Shown here: positions 1-12,228 of the stretch, piece by piece
How the letters are laid out: each line of letters opens with the position of its first letter
Position numbering within the stretch: position 1 is the stretch's first letter
Source: Betaproteobacteria bacterium Ga0077526
GTDB taxonomy: Bacteria; Pseudomonadota; Gammaproteobacteria; Burkholderiales; Ga0077523
Assembly (NCBI GenBank): GCA_001464765.1
Contig: LNDV01000034.1
Coordinates: 904,671-968,670 of the forward strand
DNA length: 64,000 nucleotides
Direction of reading: 5' to 3'
Notes under the pieces: model-generated
Databases searched by the model: none
Seen by the model: the letters and a program-made list of their open reading frames with translations, nothing else
Told to the model about the DNA's origin: nothing
Made by a program: the position numbers and the translations under genes

Positions 1-1518
1 GAGGGGTTGCTGCTGCGCGTCGCCGTGCCCATCGTTCCCCGGGCCGGCGACGTGCAGGTCCTGCAGCTCGTCCAGAAAGTACCGCCCGACATCATGCGTG
101 ATGCCGACGCCGTGCAGACAGCGTATGGCGAGTTCCAGGAGCTGATGTATGCGCGGCCGGGCCTCAAGCAGATGTACGGGCTGTCGCTCACGCTGGCACT
201 GCTGCTCGCGCTGTTCGCGTCGCTGCTCATCGCCATCTATTTCAGCGAACGGCTCTCCGCGCCGCTGGGTGTGCTCGCCGAGGGGACGCGGGCTGTCGCG
301 CAGGGGGACTTTCGCGAGCGGACGCCCGTCAAGAGCTACGACGAGCTTCGGATCCTTACGCGGTCGTTCAACGAAATGACGCGCGAACTCGCGGAGGCCC
401 GCGAGGCCACGCAGCGCTACCAGTCGGCAGTGGAGGGCGCAAAGAACTCGCTGGAGAGCATTCTTGCGAACCTGTCGGCGGGGGTGATCACGCTGGACGA
501 GACCCGCACCCTGACCTCCGCGAACCCGAGCGCCAATCGCATTCTCGGTGTCGAACTCGAGCGGCTCACGGGGCTGCCGCTACTGCGCTGGGCCAATGTC
601 GATCCCCGCCTGAGCGCACTGGCGGAGCCGCTGTCCGCGCTGCTCGACGGCACCTCCGCCCGCCTCCGGGAAGGCGAGATCCGCTTCCCCGGCATCCATG
701 GCGAACAACTCACGCTCATGGTGAAGGTCTCCGAGATCGCCCAGCCGACCGGCAGCGAGTTCGTCGTGGTGTTCGACGACATCACCAACCTGCTGCAGGC
801 GCAGCGGCAGGCGGCATGGGGCGAAGTCGCCCGTCGCATGGCGCACGAGATCAAGAATCCGCTCACGCCGATCCAGCTCTCCGCCGAACGCCTGCAGCTG
901 CGCCTGCACGACAAGCTCGCGCCGACCGATGCGGAGATGCTCGACCGCCTGACCCGCACGATCGTGGATCAGGTCTCGTCGCTGAAGGGCATGGTCGACG
1001 AGTTCAGCCGTTATGCCCGTACGCCCGCGGCTTCCCTGCGACCGCTGGATCTCGGTCAGCTCACGCGCGAGGTGCTGGGGTTGTACGAGTCCTCCAACCC
1101 GTCGATTGCCGCGCGCATCGAGGCAAGCGCGGCGCTGGTGTCCGGGGACCCCGCGAAGCTCCGCCAGGTGATCCACAACCTCGTGGCCAATGCGGAGGAC
1201 GCGGTCGCGTCGGTGACCATGCCCCGGATCATCGTCTCGGTGGAGTCCGTCGGCGATGCCGTCGCACTCCGCGTGGCGGACAACGGCGCCGGCTTTCCCG
1301 GGGACATGCTCAAGCGGCCCATCGAGCCCTACATCACCACCAAGGCAAAAGGCACGGGGTTGGGTCTTGCCATCGTGAACAAGATCGTCGAGGAACACGG
1401 CGGCAGGATTCATCTGGAGAACCTCGTGGCCGGCGGCGCGCGCGTGAGCGTGCTGCTGCCGCTCGCGGTCCAGGACGAAGCACAGCGGTCGGTGCCGGCG
1501 AGTGTCGCGCATGGCTGA
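1..1518 (+). CDS. ntrY: NtrY-like sensor histidine kinase, 5' end cut by the window edge
   Basis: Frame is open from base 1. HAMP-like segment AQGDFRERTPVKSYDELRILTRSFNEM, H-box MAHEIKNPLTPIQLSAERL, ATPase G-box GTGLGLAIVNKIVEEHGG. An NtrX-like regulator follows 27 nt downstream. Confidence 0.8.
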   Translation, partial: EGLLLRVAVPIVPRAGDVQVLQLVQKVPPDIMRDADAVQTAYGEFQELMYARPGLKQMYGLSLTLALLLALFASLLIAIYFSERLSAPLGVLAEGTRAVAQGDFRERTPVKSYDELRILTRSFNEMTRELAEAREATQRYQSAVEGAKNSLESILANLSAGVITLDETRTLTSANPSANRILGVELERLTGLPLLRWANVDPRLSALAEPLSALLDGTSARLREGEIRFPGIHGEQLTLMVKVSEIAQPTGSEFVVVFDDITNLLQAQRQAAWGEVARRMAHEIKNPLTPIQLSAERLQLRLHDKLAPTDAEMLDRLTRTIVDQVSSLKGMVDEFSRYARTPAASLRPLDLGQLTREVLGLYESSNPSIAARIEASAALVSGDPAKLRQVIHNLVANAEDAVASVTMPRIIVSVESVGDAVALRVADNGAGFPGDMLKRPIEPYITTKAKGTGLGLAIVNKIVEEHGGRIHLENLVAGGARVSVLLPLAVQDEAQRSVPASVAHG

Positions 1519-1545
1519 CGGCAGATACACAGAGGCGGGTCGTGC

Positions 1546-2808
1546 ATGAGTCAGATACTGGTCGTCGACGACGAGGTGGGTATCCGGGAGTTGCTGTCCG
1601 AGATTCTGTCGGACGAGGGGTATCAGGTACGCCTGGCGCAGAACGCCGAGGAAGCGCGGCTGCAGCGCACCCGCGCTCGGCCCGACCTGGTGCTGCTGGA
1701 CATCTGGATGCCCGATACCGATGGCATCACGCTGCTCAAGGAGTGGGCCACGAAGGGACAGCTCACGATGCCCGTGGTGATGATGTCCGGGCACGGCACC
1801 ATCGAGACGGCCGTCGAGGCGACCCGCATCGGTGCCTATGCCTTTCTCGAGAAGCCCATTGCCCTGCAGAAGCTGCTGTCGACCGTGGACAAGGCTCTCG
1901 CCCAGGCAACGCGCCCGGTGGAGTCTCCGCCCCCTTACTCGCTCGCCGTCCTGGGTGGCGCACCGCCTGTTGCCGAGCTGAAGCAGCGTCTTGAACGAGT
2001 GCGCGATCTGCGGGTGCCGGTCCTGCTGCTCGCGGAACCCGGCAGCGGTGAGGAGTTGTGCGCGCGCTTTCTCCACCGCATGAACACGCCGTGGATCGCT
2101 GCCGAAGATCGCGTCGGGGTGCCCGAAGGCAGTGCGCTGCCGGTGATCGGGCCGGACGCCACGCTGTTCCTGCGGCAGGTCGACCAGTGGACGCCGGATC
2201 GCCAGCGCGCCTGGTTCGCCCGGCTCGGGCCGCTCGCGAAGTCCGGGACCCGCATCGTGGCGACCGCACAGCCCGATCTCGCCGAGCGCGTGGCGCAGGG
2301 CGGCTTCGACGCCCGTCTGTACTCGCTGCTTTCCAATGTCACACTGCGTGTCCCGCCGTTGCGGGAGCACGCGGACGATGTACCGGAAATCGCCACGACG
2401 CTGCTCGCGCGGATGGTCGAGGCGCGGGAGGTCCCGGTCCGGTCCTTCACGACGTCGGCGCTGAACGTTCTGCGCCTGCATTCCTGGCCCGGCAATCTTT
2501 CGCAGCTCGAGGCCGTCGTGAAGTCGGCAGCGCTCGTCGCCGGCGGCAACGACATCGGCCCGAGCGACGTGGCCTCGGTCCTGGGAGAGCAGGTCCAGGC
2601 AAACCCGCCGATGCTGGGCGGTCTTCCGATCGACGGCGAACTGCGCGAGGCGCGCGATGCCTTCGAGCGCGCGTATTTCGACTACCACATCGCGCGGGAA
2701 GGCGGAAACATGAGCCGGGTCGCGGAACGGGTGGGCCTCGAGCGCACGCACCTCTACCGGAAACTGAAGCAACTCGGGATCGTCCTGCCGCGCCGCCAGG
2801 ATTCCTGA
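1546..2808 (+). CDS. ntrX: NtrX-like response regulator (REC + degenerate AAA+ + Fis-type HTH)
   Basis: REC motifs [14 protein letters not shown] and [14 protein letters not shown]. Central NtrC-like region. C-terminal [27 protein letters not shown]. Paired with ntrY. Confidence 0.8.
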   Translation: MSQILVVDDEVGIRELLSEILSDEGYQVRLAQNAEEARLQRTRARPDLVLLDIWMPDTDGITLLKEWATKGQLTMPVVMMSGHGTIETAVEATRIGAYAFLEKPIALQKLLSTVDKALAQATRPVESPPPYSLAVLGGAPPVAELKQRLERVRDLRVPVLLLAEPGSGEELCARFLHRMNTPWIAAEDRVGVPEGSALPVIGPDATLFLRQVDQWTPDRQRAWFARLGPLAKSGTRIVATAQPDLAERVAQGGFDARLYSLLSNVTLRVPPLREHADDVPEIATTLLARMVEAREVPVRSFTTSALNVLRLHSWPGNLSQLEAVVKSAALVAGGNDIGPSDVASVLGEQVQANPPMLGGLPIDGELREARDAFERAYFDYHIAREGGNMSRVAERVGLERTHLYRKLKQLGIVLPRRQDS

Positions 2809-2854
2809 CGCATCTGCTGCCGATCGGGCATCGCCGATCCGCTAGAATCAGCAG

Positions 2855-2887
2855 TCCCGCGAGGGTTTCCTTGCGGGATTTCTTTTT
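2855..2887 (+). terminator. Intrinsic terminator after ntrX
   Basis: 10-bp stem tcccgcgagg/ccttgcggga (one G:U pair), loop gttt, then tttcttttt. Confidence 0.6.
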
Positions 2888-2903
2888 CAGGGACGCTACG
2901 CTC

Positions 2904-4913
2904 ATGGCAACGAGATCCGACCTGGCCAACGCACTTCGCGCACTGGCCATGGACGCCGTACAGAAGGCCAACTCCGGACACCCCGGCATGCCGATGGGCA
3001 TGGCCGAGATCGCCGAAGTCCTCTGGCGGCAGTTCCTGAAGCACAACCCCAAGGACCCCGCCTGGCCCGACCGGGACCGCTTCGTTCTCTCGAACGGTCA
3101 CGGGTCGATGCTCCTCTACGGGCTCCTGCATCTGACCGGATATGCGCTCCCGATGGCGGAGCTGGCGCGGTTCCGCCAGCTGCATTCCATGACGCCCGGC
3201 CATCCGGAACTCGGCATGACACCGGGCGTCGAGACGACCACCGGTCCGCTCGGGCAAGGCATCGCCAACGCCGTAGGGTTCGCGATCGCGGAGCGACTGC
3301 TCGCCGCCGAATTCAACCGCTCCGGTCACACGATAGTGGACCACCGCACCTGGGTGTTCCTTGGTGACGGCTGCCTGATGGAAGGGATCTCCCACGAGGC
3401 CTGCTCCCTCGCCGGGACCCTCGGCCTCGGCAAGCTCGTGGCCCTGTACGACGACAACCGGATCTCCATCGATTCCGAGAAGGGTTCCATCGAAAGCTGG
3501 TTCACGGACGACACGGCCAGGCGATTCGAATCCTATGGATGGCAGGTGGTCCGCGGCGTGGACGGGCACGACTCGGACGCCATCCGCGCTGCCATCGAGA
3601 CGGCCACCGCCCAGAGCGCCAGGCCCACGCTGATCGCCTGCCGGACCATCATCGGCAAGGGATCTCCCAAGAAGGCGAATACCGGCAGCGTGCACGGTGC
3701 GCCGCTGGGCCCGGACGAAGTAGCGGCGACACGCGCCGCGATCGGCTGGCCTTACGAGCCCTTCGTCATTCCGGACGATGTCCGTGCGGCGTGGGATGCG
3801 AGCGCCGCCGGTGCCGAGCTGCAGGCCCAATGGACCGCGAAGCTGGCGGCCTATCGCCAGGCCCATCCCGAACTCGCCGCCGAATTCGACCGGCGCATGA
3901 AGGGCGATCTTCCGGGGGGCTGGAATGCGCACGTGACTCAGGCCATCGAAAAGATCGCGACAAAGGGCGAGACCATCGCCACCCGCAAGGCTTCGCAGAA
4001 TGCCATCGAGGCCATGGCACCGGCGCTGCCCGAGCTGGTCGGCGGATCCGCCGATCTCGCCGGCTCCAACCTTACCCTCTGGTCCGGCTCCAAGCCGGTC
4101 GGGCGCGAGGGCGGCGGCAACTATTTCTTCTTCGGTGTGCGCGAGTTCGGCATGAGCGCCATCATGAACGGGCTTTGCCTGCACGGCGGGTACATTCCCT
4201 ACGGCGGCACCTTCCTCGTCTTCAGCGACTACGCCCGCAACGCGATCCGTCTGGCCGCGCTGATGAAGCGTCGCGTGATCTACGTGCTCACACACGATTC
4301 CATCGGTCTGGGCGAGGATGGTCCGACGCACCAGCCGATCGAGCACGCTGCAAGCCTGCGGATCATTCCCGGGCTCGACGTGTGGCGTCCGTGCGACTCA
4401 GTCGAGACCGCGATCGGCTGGCAGTCCGGCATCGAGCGCGCGGACGGCCCGACCGCGCATCTGCTGTCCCGCCAGAACCTGCCGCACCAGGCGCGAACGC
4501 CCGAGCAGATCGCCGCGATCCGCCGCGGCGGCTACGTTCTCGCCGACAGCCCGACCGGCAAGGTCGACCTGATTCTCATCGCGACCGGCTCCGAGGTGGC
4601 GCTGGCAGTGGGTGCTCAAGCCAAGCTCGCGGCGGAAGGTGTCGGCGCCCGCGTCGTGTCCATGCCGAGTACCAATGTGTTCGATCGCCAGGACGCCGCG
4701 TGGAAGGCATCCGTGCTCACGAAGGGCGTACCGCGGGTGGCGGTGGAAGCGGGCCACTCCGACTTCTGGCACAAGTACGTCGGACTCGAAGGGGCCGTGG
4801 TCGGCATCGATCGGTTCGGGGAGTCCGCGCCCGCCGGAGAGCTGTTCGTGCTCTTCGGTTTCACCGTCGACAACGTCGCTGCCACCGCGCGCAAGGTCCT
4901 GGCCGCCCGGTGA
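2904..4913 (+). CDS. tkt: Transketolase
   Basis: [41 protein letters not shown] and the TPP motif [13 protein letters not shown]; 669 aa. ATG 2904 preferred over track start 2058, because the upstream part is Arg/Ala-rich and overlaps ntrX. Confidence 0.95.
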   Translation: MATRSDLANALRALAMDAVQKANSGHPGMPMGMAEIAEVLWRQFLKHNPKDPAWPDRDRFVLSNGHGSMLLYGLLHLTGYALPMAELARFRQLHSMTPGHPELGMTPGVETTTGPLGQGIANAVGFAIAERLLAAEFNRSGHTIVDHRTWVFLGDGCLMEGISHEACSLAGTLGLGKLVALYDDNRISIDSEKGSIESWFTDDTARRFESYGWQVVRGVDGHDSDAIRAAIETATAQSARPTLIACRTIIGKGSPKKANTGSVHGAPLGPDEVAATRAAIGWPYEPFVIPDDVRAAWDASAAGAELQAQWTAKLAAYRQAHPELAAEFDRRMKGDLPGGWNAHVTQAIEKIATKGETIATRKASQNAIEAMAPALPELVGGSADLAGSNLTLWSGSKPVGREGGGNYFFFGVREFGMSAIMNGLCLHGGYIPYGGTFLVFSDYARNAIRLAALMKRRVIYVLTHDSIGLGEDGPTHQPIEHAASLRIIPGLDVWRPCDSVETAIGWQSGIERADGPTAHLLSRQNLPHQARTPEQIAAIRRGGYVLADSPTGKVDLILIATGSEVALAVGAQAKLAAEGVGARVVSMPSTNVFDRQDAAWKASVLTKGVPRVAVEAGHSDFWHKYVGLEGAVVGIDRFGESAPAGELFVLFGFTVDNVAATARKVLAAR

Positions 4914-5854
4914 GGCTGGTCGGAGACATCGGCGGAACCAACGCGCGTTTCGCGCTGGTCGAGGAGGGGGACGACCTTCCCCGGGAAGAGGAAACCCTCG
5001 CCTGCGCCGACTATCCGGATCTCGGCGTGGCCGCGGAGGCATACCTCGCCGCCCGCGGCACCCGCGTCCGGGATGCCGCGTTCGCCGTGGCAACGCCGGT
5101 CACCGGGGATGAGATCCAGCTGACGAACAGCGCATCCCGCCTCTCGGTCCGGGAGACCAGAGCACGACTCGGACTGGACCGGCTCCTTCTCCTCAATGAC
5201 TTCACGGCTCTGGCGCTCGCACTGCCATTGCTCCGGCCGAACGAACTGCGGCAGGTGGGTGGCGGCCAGGTGCTTGCCGGGCGGCCCAAGGCCCTCCTCG
5301 GGGCGGGAACCGGGCTGGGCGTTTCGGGACTCGTTCCCAGTGGCGCCGGCTGGATTCCCCTTGAAGGCGAGGGCGGGCACACGGCCTTCTCCCCTGCCAA
5401 CGACCGGGAGGCCGCGGTGCTCGGGGCGCTCTGGAAGCGCTTCGACCACGTGTCGACCGAGCGGGTCGCAAGCGGCCCGGGTCTTGCCTTGCTGCATGAG
5501 ATGCTGGGTCTGATCGACGGTCAGGCGGCGGAAGCGTTGTCTCCGGAGGAGATCACGCGCCGCGCGGAAGACGGCGACGTTCGCTGCCATGAAGCGCTCG
5601 AGATGTTCTGCGGGATTCTCGGGACCGCCGCCGCAAACCTCTGCGTGACGCTCGGTGCCATGGGCGGTGTCTACATCGGCGGCGGGGTCGTGCCCAGGCT
5701 CGGCGATCGCTTCGACCGCTCGTGCTTCCGGGCGCGATTCGAGGCCAAGGGGCGTTTCCGCACCTACGTTGCGGAGGTGCCGACTTTCGTCATCACTGCC
5801 GTCAATCCTGCCTTGCGAGGAGTGGCCAGGGCCTTCGACCGGCCGGTTTCGTGA
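4910..5854 (+). CDS. glk: Glucokinase
   Basis: [18 protein letters not shown]-terminus, then [11 protein letters not shown] and [11 protein letters not shown] motifs; 314 aa. GTG start overlaps the tkt stop (GTGA). Confidence 0.85.
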   Translation: MRLVGDIGGTNARFALVEEGDDLPREEETLACADYPDLGVAAEAYLAARGTRVRDAAFAVATPVTGDEIQLTNSASRLSVRETRARLGLDRLLLLNDFTALALALPLLRPNELRQVGGGQVLAGRPKALLGAGTGLGVSGLVPSGAGWIPLEGEGGHTAFSPANDREAAVLGALWKRFDHVSTERVASGPGLALLHEMLGLIDGQAAEALSPEEITRRAEDGDVRCHEALEMFCGILGTAAANLCVTLGAMGGVYIGGGVVPRLGDRFDRSCFRARFEAKGRFRTYVAEVPTFVITAVNPALRGVARAFDRPVS

Positions 5855-5989
5855 AGGCGGACCGCGTCTTGCGCGCTTCGCCGACTTTTCAGAAGGGCCC
5901 GTGGCGGAAGGACGTCCTTCACGCCGGCCCGCAGACGCCCCCCAACGCGGTGGGCTAAACTTTCATCTTTTGTCGCCAAGGAGAATCTC

Positions 5990-7000
5990 ATGCCCATTCG
6001 TGTCGCCATCAACGGGTTCGGTCGCATCGGTCGCAACATCCTCCGTGCTCTCTACGAGTCCGGACGCAACGGCGAGATCCAGATCGTCGCCATCAACGAT
6101 CTAGGCAGTCCCGAGACCAATGCGCACCTCACCCGCTACGACACGGCACACGGCAAATTCCATGGCAAGGTTGAGGTCGATGGCGACAGCATGGTCGTGA
6201 ACGGGGACCGCATCCGCGTGCTCGCCGAGCGTGACCCGTCCAAGCTGCCGTGGGGTGCCCTCGGCGTCGACGTTGTTGCGGAATGCACCGGCATCTTCAC
6301 CAGCAAGGACAAGGCGAATCTGCACCTTCAGGGCGGCGCGAAGAAGGTGATCATCTCGGCTCCGGGCAAGGACGTGGATGCGACCATCGTGTACGGCGTG
6401 AACCACAACACGCTGAAGGCGTCGCACACCGTCATCTCCAACGCGTCCTGCACCACCAACTGTCTCGCGCCTCTCGTGAAGCCCCTGCACGAGAAGATCG
6501 GCCTCGTGTCCGGCCTGATGACGACGATTCACGCGTACACCAACGATCAGGTCCTCACCGACGTCTACCACGAGGATCTGCGCCGCGCCCGTTCCGCGAC
6601 CATGTCGATGATCCCCACCAAGACCGGCGCTGCCGCGGCCGTGGGTCTGGTGCTGCCCGAACTGAACGGCAAGCTGGATGGCTATGCCATGCGCGTGCCG
6701 ACGATCAATGTTTCCGTCGTCGATCTGTCCTTCATCGCGAAGCGCCCCACGACGGTCGAGGAAGTGAATGCGATCGTGAAGGCCGCCTCCGAGGGCGAGC
6801 TGAAGGGCATTCTCGGGTACACCAAGGAGCCGCTCGTCTCCGTCGACTACAACCACGATCCGCGTTCCTCGATCTTCGACGCGACGCTCACCAAGGTGTC
6901 CGAGGGCACGCTCGTGAAGGTGGGGTCGTGGTACGACAACGAGTGGGGCTTCAGCAACCGCATGCTGGACACCGCTGTCGCGTTCATGAACGCGAAGTGA
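5990..7000 (+). CDS. gap: Type I glyceraldehyde-3-phosphate dehydrogenase
   Basis: [16 protein letters not shown], active site [12 protein letters not shown], and [13 protein letters not shown] aaggag lies upstream. Confidence 0.95.
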   Translation: MPIRVAINGFGRIGRNILRALYESGRNGEIQIVAINDLGSPETNAHLTRYDTAHGKFHGKVEVDGDSMVVNGDRIRVLAERDPSKLPWGALGVDVVAECTGIFTSKDKANLHLQGGAKKVIISAPGKDVDATIVYGVNHNTLKASHTVISNASCTTNCLAPLVKPLHEKIGLVSGLMTTIHAYTNDQVLTDVYHEDLRRARSATMSMIPTKTGAAAAVGLVLPELNGKLDGYAMRVPTINVSVVDLSFIAKRPTTVEEVNAIVKAASEGELKGILGYTKEPLVSVDYNHDPRSSIFDATLTKVSEGTLVKVGSWYDNEWGFSNRMLDTAVAFMNAK

Positions 7001-7013
7001 CCGGGGTCGGGCC

Positions 7014-8201
7014 ATGGCAATCCTTCGGATGACCGACCTGGACCTGCGAAACCGCCGGGTCCTGATCCGTTCGGACCTCAACGTGCCGCAGGACGACAGC
7101 GGCGCCATCACCGACGACACGCGCATCCGCGCCTCGCTCGGCGCCATTCGCGATGCGCTTGCGAAGGGCGCGCGGGTGATGGTGACGTCGCATCTGGGCC
7201 GGCCGAAGGAAGGCGTCCTCGAACCCGCAGACTCCCTCCAGCCCGTCGCGGATCGTCTCGGGCAGTTGCTCGGCCGCACGGTGCCAGTCGTGGCCAACTG
7301 GGTGGATGGGCGGGAAGTCGCGCCCGCCCCCGGTGAGGTCGTGCTCCTCGAGAACTGCCGGGTGAACATCGGCGAGAAGAAGAACGACGAAGGCCTGTCG
7401 AAGCGCATCGCCGCGCTCTGCGACGTCTACGTGAACGACGCCTTCGCCACCTCCCATCGGGCCGAAGCCACGACCCACGGCGTGGCGCGATTCGCGCCGG
7501 TGGCCTGCGCCGGTCCGCTGATGGCCGCCGAGATCGAGGCGCTCACGAAGGCGCTGGGCAATCCGGCCCGACCTCTGGTGGCGATCGTGGCAGGCTCGAA
7601 GGTCTCCACCAAGCTCACGATCCTGTCGTCCCTGGCGGAGAAAGTGGATCAGCTCGTGGTCGGCGGCGGCATCGCCAATACCTTCATGGCTGCGGCCGGC
7701 CTGCCGATCGGCAAGTCACTCGTGGAACGGGACCTCATCGACGAGGCCCGTCGGATCATGGACAAGGCTGCGGCGCGCGGTGCGTCGGTGCCGATTCCGA
7801 CCGACGTCGTCGTGGCCACCGAGTTCGCGGCAACGGCCAAGGCAACCACCAAGGCGGCGGCCGACGTCGCGGCGGATGACATGATCCTGGACATCGGCCC
7901 CAAGAGTGCAGCAGCTCTGGTCGATGCCCTGTCCAAGGCCGGCACTATCGTGTGGAACGGCCCGGTTGGCGTCTTCGAATTCGACCAGTTCGGCAACGGT
8001 ACCAAGGCCATCGCCGAGGCGATTGCGCAGTCCCAAGCTTTCACGCTCGCGGGTGGAGGCGATACCATCGCCGCGATCGCGAAGTACGGCATCACAGAAA
8101 AACTGTCCTACATCTCCACGGCGGGTGGCGCGTTCCTCGAATTCCTCGAGGGCAAGACGCTCCCCGCCATCGAAATCCTGGAGGCCCGGTCCGCCGGCTA
8201 A
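7014..8201 (+). CDS. pgk: Phosphoglycerate kinase
   Basis: [23 protein letters not shown] and [14 protein letters not shown] motifs; 395 aa. Confidence 0.95.
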   Translation: MAILRMTDLDLRNRRVLIRSDLNVPQDDSGAITDDTRIRASLGAIRDALAKGARVMVTSHLGRPKEGVLEPADSLQPVADRLGQLLGRTVPVVANWVDGREVAPAPGEVVLLENCRVNIGEKKNDEGLSKRIAALCDVYVNDAFATSHRAEATTHGVARFAPVACAGPLMAAEIEALTKALGNPARPLVAIVAGSKVSTKLTILSSLAEKVDQLVVGGGIANTFMAAAGLPIGKSLVERDLIDEARRIMDKAAARGASVPIPTDVVVATEFAATAKATTKAAADVAADDMILDIGPKSAAALVDALSKAGTIVWNGPVGVFEFDQFGNGTKAIAEAIAQSQAFTLAGGGDTIAAIAKYGITEKLSYISTAGGAFLEFLEGKTLPAIEILEARSAG

Positions 8202-8209
8202 GCCCACGC

Positions 8210-9643
8210 ATGCAACGTTCGACGAAGATCGTCGCCACACTAGGACCCGCCAGTTCCGAGAGAGATGTCCTGAAGCGGGTGCTGGGGGCGGGTGTGGATG
8301 TCGTGCGCATGAACTTCTCCCACGGCAGCGCAGCCGACCACCTGGCGCGAGCCGAGATGGTGCGCGAGCTCGCGCGGGAACTCGGCACCACGGTCGGCAT
8401 CATGTGCGACCTGCAGGGACCGAAGATCCGCATCGGCAAGTTCGAAGGCAGCCGCATCCAGCTTGCCAACGGAGACCGCTTCATTCTCGATGCCGAATGC
8501 ACCCTGGGCAACCAGGAGAGAGTCGGCCTCGACTACAAGGAACTGCCAAGCGATGTCCGCAGCGATGACGTCCTGCTGCTCGACGACGGCCGCATCGTGC
8601 TCGATGTCGTGCAGGTGCGCGGCGCGGAGATCGTGACGACCGTCCGCCACGGCGGTGAGCTGTCGAACAACAAGGGCATCAACCGTCAGGGCGGCGGCCT
8701 CACGGCACCGGCGCTGACGGGCAAGGACATGGAGGACATCCGCACTGCCGCCGTCATGAAGGCGGATTTTCTGGCGGTGTCCTTCCCGAAGAGCGGCGCC
8801 GACATGTACATGGCCCGAGAGCTGATGCGCGCGGCGGGTGGCAAGTCCCTGCTGATCGCCAAGGTGGAGCGTGCCGAGGCCATCCACGCACTCACGGACA
8901 TTCTCGATGCGTCCGACGGCATCATGGTGGCTCGCGGGGATCTCGCCGTCGAAGTCGGCGATGCGGCCGTTCCGGCGCTGCAGAAGAAGATGATCCGGCT
9001 CGCGCGCGAGAAGAACAAGCTGACGATCACGGCGACCCAGATGATGGAGTCGATGATCAACAGCCCCGTTCCGACCCGCGCGGAAGTCTCCGACGTCGCC
9101 AACGCGGTGCTCGACGGCACCGATGCCGTGATGCTCTCCGCCGAGACGGCCGCCGGAAAGTATCCCGTGCAGACCGTCGAGGCCATGGCCCGCGTCTGTC
9201 TGGAAGCCGAGAAGTCCACCGATCTCGCTCTCGACCGCGAGTTCCTGAACCGCGTGTTCACACGCGTCGATCAGTCCATCGCGATGGGCGCGCTGTTCAC
9301 GGCATTCCACCTCAAGGTGAAGTGCATCGCCGCGCTCACGCAGTCAGGGTCCACGGCGCTATGGATGTCGCGCGTCAATTGCGGCGTACCGATCTACGCC
9401 CTGACGCCAGAGATCAGCACGCGCTATCGCCTTTCCCTGTTCCGCGATGTCTACCCGCTCATGATTCAGCATTTCACTTCCGACCGCGACGCGCTCCTGC
9501 GCGAGGCAGAGGACAGCCTCAAGGCGCACGGCGTCGTGACGGACGGGGATCTCATCGTGCTGACCATCGGGGAACCCCTCGGCAAGTCGGGCGGGACCAA
9601 CACGATGAAGATCGTGCGGGTCGGCGAGCACAGGATGGCCTGA
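8210..9643 (+). CDS. pyk: Pyruvate kinase
   Basis: MQRSTKIVATLGPAS, VVRMNFSHG and MVARGDLAVE motifs; 477 aa from ATG 8210. The track ORF start at 7952 overlaps pgk. Confidence 0.9.
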   Translation: MQRSTKIVATLGPASSERDVLKRVLGAGVDVVRMNFSHGSAADHLARAEMVRELARELGTTVGIMCDLQGPKIRIGKFEGSRIQLANGDRFILDAECTLGNQERVGLDYKELPSDVRSDDVLLLDDGRIVLDVVQVRGAEIVTTVRHGGELSNNKGINRQGGGLTAPALTGKDMEDIRTAAVMKADFLAVSFPKSGADMYMARELMRAAGGKSLLIAKVERAEAIHALTDILDASDGIMVARGDLAVEVGDAAVPALQKKMIRLAREKNKLTITATQMMESMINSPVPTRAEVSDVANAVLDGTDAVMLSAETAAGKYPVQTVEAMARVCLEAEKSTDLALDREFLNRVFTRVDQSIAMGALFTAFHLKVKCIAALTQSGSTALWMSRVNCGVPIYALTPEISTRYRLSLFRDVYPLMIQHFTSDRDALLREAEDSLKAHGVVTDGDLIVLTIGEPLGKSGGTNTMKIVRVGEHRMA

Positions 9644-9649
9644 TTCGTC

Positions 9650-10153
9650 ATGACATCTGCCCCTCGCATCGGCATCGTGATGGGATCCCAGAGCGACTGG
9701 GAAACGATGCAGCACGCCTCCCGGATCCTCACGGAGTTCGGGGTACCCCATGAGTCCCGGGTCGTTTCCGCCCACCGCACCCCCGATGTCCTGTTCGAGT
9801 ACGCGGAGCAGGCGGCGGATCGACAGCTCGAGTGCATCATCGCGGGCGCCGGCGGCGCCGCGCATCTGCCCGGCATGCTCGCCGCGAAGACGCGCGTGCC
9901 GATCCTCGGTGTGCCGGTGCAGAGCCGGGCGCTGCAGGGCCTCGATTCGCTGCTGTCCATCGTCCAGATGCCGAAAGGCGTTCCGGTCGCGACCTTTGCT
10001 ATCGGTGAAGCGGGTGCCGCCAACGCGGCGCTGTTCGCCGTCGCCATGCTGGCGGTCAGGGACCCGGCGCTCGCCACCAAGCTCGACGACTATCGTGCCC
10101 GTCAGACGGACACGGTGAAGGCCATCCGACTGCCGGAGCCCGGTCCCGCATGA
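9650..10153 (+). CDS. purE: N5-carboxyaminoimidazole ribonucleotide mutase
   Basis: [17 protein letters not shown] and SAHRTPD motifs; 167 aa. Overlaps purK by 4 nt. Confidence 0.95.
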   Translation: MTSAPRIGIVMGSQSDWETMQHASRILTEFGVPHESRVVSAHRTPDVLFEYAEQAADRQLECIIAGAGGAAHLPGMLAAKTRVPILGVPVQSRALQGLDSLLSIVQMPKGVPVATFAIGEAGAANAALFAVAMLAVRDPALATKLDDYRARQTDTVKAIRLPEPGPA

Positions 10154-11298
10154 CGCCGGTGGCACCTGGGGCCTGGCTGGGCCTGCTGGGTGGCGGACAA
10201 CTCGGCCGCATGTTTTCGATGGCGGCGCAGAGCATGGGCTACCGAGTTGTCGTCGTGGACCCCGGTGGCGAGAGCCCGGCCGGGTCCGTGGCGGACGACC
10301 ATCTCCAGGCGGACTATCTGGACGAGGGCGCCCTCGGCGAACTCGCGCGGCGCTGCTCCGCCGTGACCACCGAGTTCGAGAACGTGCCGGCGGATGCCCT
10401 GCGCCGTCTCGCGGATCACTGCACGGTAAGCCCGGGCCATCAGGGCGTCGCGGTGGCGCAGGATCGCATCCGTGAAAAGCGCTTCCTGGTCGAGGCCGGC
10501 CTCGGGACGGCGCCGTTCGCCGTGATCGAGCACGAATCCGAACTCGCGCGCATCGACGAGTCGCTCCTCCCCGGCATCCTCAAGATCGCGCGACTGGGCT
10601 ATGACGGAAAGGGACAGGTCTCGGTCACCTCGCGCGAAGGGGTGCTCCAGGCCTTCCGGGACATGGGGTCCAAGCCCTGCGTCCTTGAAAAGCGGCTGAA
10701 GCTCGATCTCGAAGTGTCCGTGGTGGTTGCCCGTGGGTTCGATGGCGCGACGACCACTTTTCCTGTCGCGGAGAACCAGCACGCGAACGGCATTCTCGAC
10801 GTCAGCATCGTGCCCGCACGCATCCCGGCGGCCCTCGCACAGGAAGCCCGTGCAAAGGCCGTGCGGGTGGCCGAGGCCCTCGACTACCGGGGTGTGCTCT
10901 GCGTGGAATTCTTCGTCGTCGACGGCGGACGACTGCTTGCCAACGAGATCGCGCCGCGTCCGCACAACAGCGGCCACTACAGCATCGATGCCTGTTTCAG
11001 TTCCCAGTTCGAGCAGCAGGCGCGCATCATGTGCCGCCAGCCGCTGGGCGACACTGCGCTGAATTGTCCCGTAGTTATGGTGAATCTGCTCGGCGATCTC
11101 TGGCGTGACGGCGAACCCGACTGGAGCCAGGTGCTGCGCCATCCCAGGGCGAAGCTGCATCTCTACGGCAAGCGCGAGGCCCGGCCCGGTCGCAAGATGG
11201 GCCACTTCACGGTGCTGGCCGATTCTGTCGAGGAAGCTCTCGCGACCGCCACCGCCATCAAGTCCGCTCTTTCCCCGACGCCGCGTCCCGCGTCCTGA
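10150..11298 (+). CDS. purK: N5-carboxyaminoimidazole ribonucleotide synthase
   Basis: ATP-grasp protein ([32 protein letters not shown]), directly after purE. Confidence 0.9.
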   Translation: MTPVAPGAWLGLLGGGQLGRMFSMAAQSMGYRVVVVDPGGESPAGSVADDHLQADYLDEGALGELARRCSAVTTEFENVPADALRRLADHCTVSPGHQGVAVAQDRIREKRFLVEAGLGTAPFAVIEHESELARIDESLLPGILKIARLGYDGKGQVSVTSREGVLQAFRDMGSKPCVLEKRLKLDLEVSVVVARGFDGATTTFPVAENQHANGILDVSIVPARIPAALAQEARAKAVRVAEALDYRGVLCVEFFVVDGGRLLANEIAPRPHNSGHYSIDACFSSQFEQQARIMCRQPLGDTALNCPVVMVNLLGDLWRDGEPDWSQVLRHPRAKLHLYGKREARPGRKMGHFTVLADSVEEALATATAIKSALSPTPRPAS

Positions 11299-11322
11299 CC
11301 GCTTTCCGGATTGCTCCCCAAG

Positions 11323-12216
11323 ATGACCGCCACCTCTCCCGCCGCCGTCCTCGAAACGAACCTGCGTTCCCTCAAGTTCCTGCATCGGGGCAAGGTGCGT
11401 GACATCTATGAGATCGACGCGGATCGCCTGCTGATCATTCAGACGGATCGCCTTTCGGCCTTCGACGTGATTCTCCCGACCCCCATACCGGGCAAAGGCG
11501 CCGTGCTGACCGAGATGTCGAACTTCTGGTTCGCGCGGCTGAAGCACGTGATTCCGAACCACCTGCTCGACGCCGATCCCGAGAGCTTCGTCTCGCCGGA
11601 TGAACGCGATCAGGTCCACGGACGGGCGTTCGTCGTGCGACGGCTGGCGCCGTTGCCGCTCGAGGCCATCGTGCGCGGTTATGTGGCCGGCTCGGGCTGG
11701 AAGGACTACCGCAGCACCGGCGCCATCTGTGGCATTGCTCTGCCGCCCGGTCTCCAGGAAGCGCAGCAGTTGCCCGAGCCGCTGTTCACACCCTCGACGA
11801 AGGCGCCCAAGGGCACACACGACGAGAACATCCCCTACTCCGAAGCCGAGCGGCTGCTCGGCGCGCCGATGGCCGCGAAGGTTCGGGACGCCGCGATCCG
11901 CCTCTATCGCGAAGCCGCGGAGTACGCCGGAGGGCGCGGCATCATCATCGCGGACACCAAGTTCGAGTTCGGCACCGATGCGGCGGGCTCGCTCTATCTG
12001 ATCGACGAAGCGCTCACGCCCGATTCCTCCCGCTTCTGGCCCCGGTCGGAGTATCGGATCGGCATCAGTCCGCCTTCCTTCGACAAGCAGTTCGTGCGGG
12101 ACTGGCTCGAATCCATGGCCTGGAACAAGCAACCGCCGGCTCCCTCCCTGCCGCCGGATGTCGCCGAGAAAACTGGCGCGAAGTATCGTGAGGCGTTGCG
12201 TCTTCTGACCGGCTGA
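11323..12216 (+). CDS. purC: SAICAR synthase
   Basis: [23 protein letters not shown] and [11 protein letters not shown] motifs. ATG 11323 preferred over the TTG at 11311 listed in the track. Confidence 0.9.
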   Translation: MTATSPAAVLETNLRSLKFLHRGKVRDIYEIDADRLLIIQTDRLSAFDVILPTPIPGKGAVLTEMSNFWFARLKHVIPNHLLDADPESFVSPDERDQVHGRAFVVRRLAPLPLEAIVRGYVAGSGWKDYRSTGAICGIALPPGLQEAQQLPEPLFTPSTKAPKGTHDENIPYSEAERLLGAPMAAKVRDAAIRLYREAAEYAGGRGIIIADTKFEFGTDAAGSLYLIDEALTPDSSRFWPRSEYRIGISPPSFDKQFVRDWLESMAWNKQPPAPSLPPDVAEKTGAKYREALRLLTG

Positions 12217-12228
12217 ACGCCGCATCCG

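Noticed and set aside
580-2772. 730-aa ORF on the minus strand
   Set aside because: It is antisense to the well-supported ntrY and ntrX genes. The product is Arg/Gly/Pro/Ala-rich with no recognisable motifs, which is a typical high-GC artefact.
2058-2903. Long 5' extensions of tkt (2058), glk (3539), pyk (7952), thrB-downstream gene (32240), HIT (42115), porin (52041), uvrD (35728) and polA (30740) in the ORF track
   Set aside because: The extensions overlap upstream genes or are compositionally aberrant. Internal starts give family-typical N-termini and lengths.
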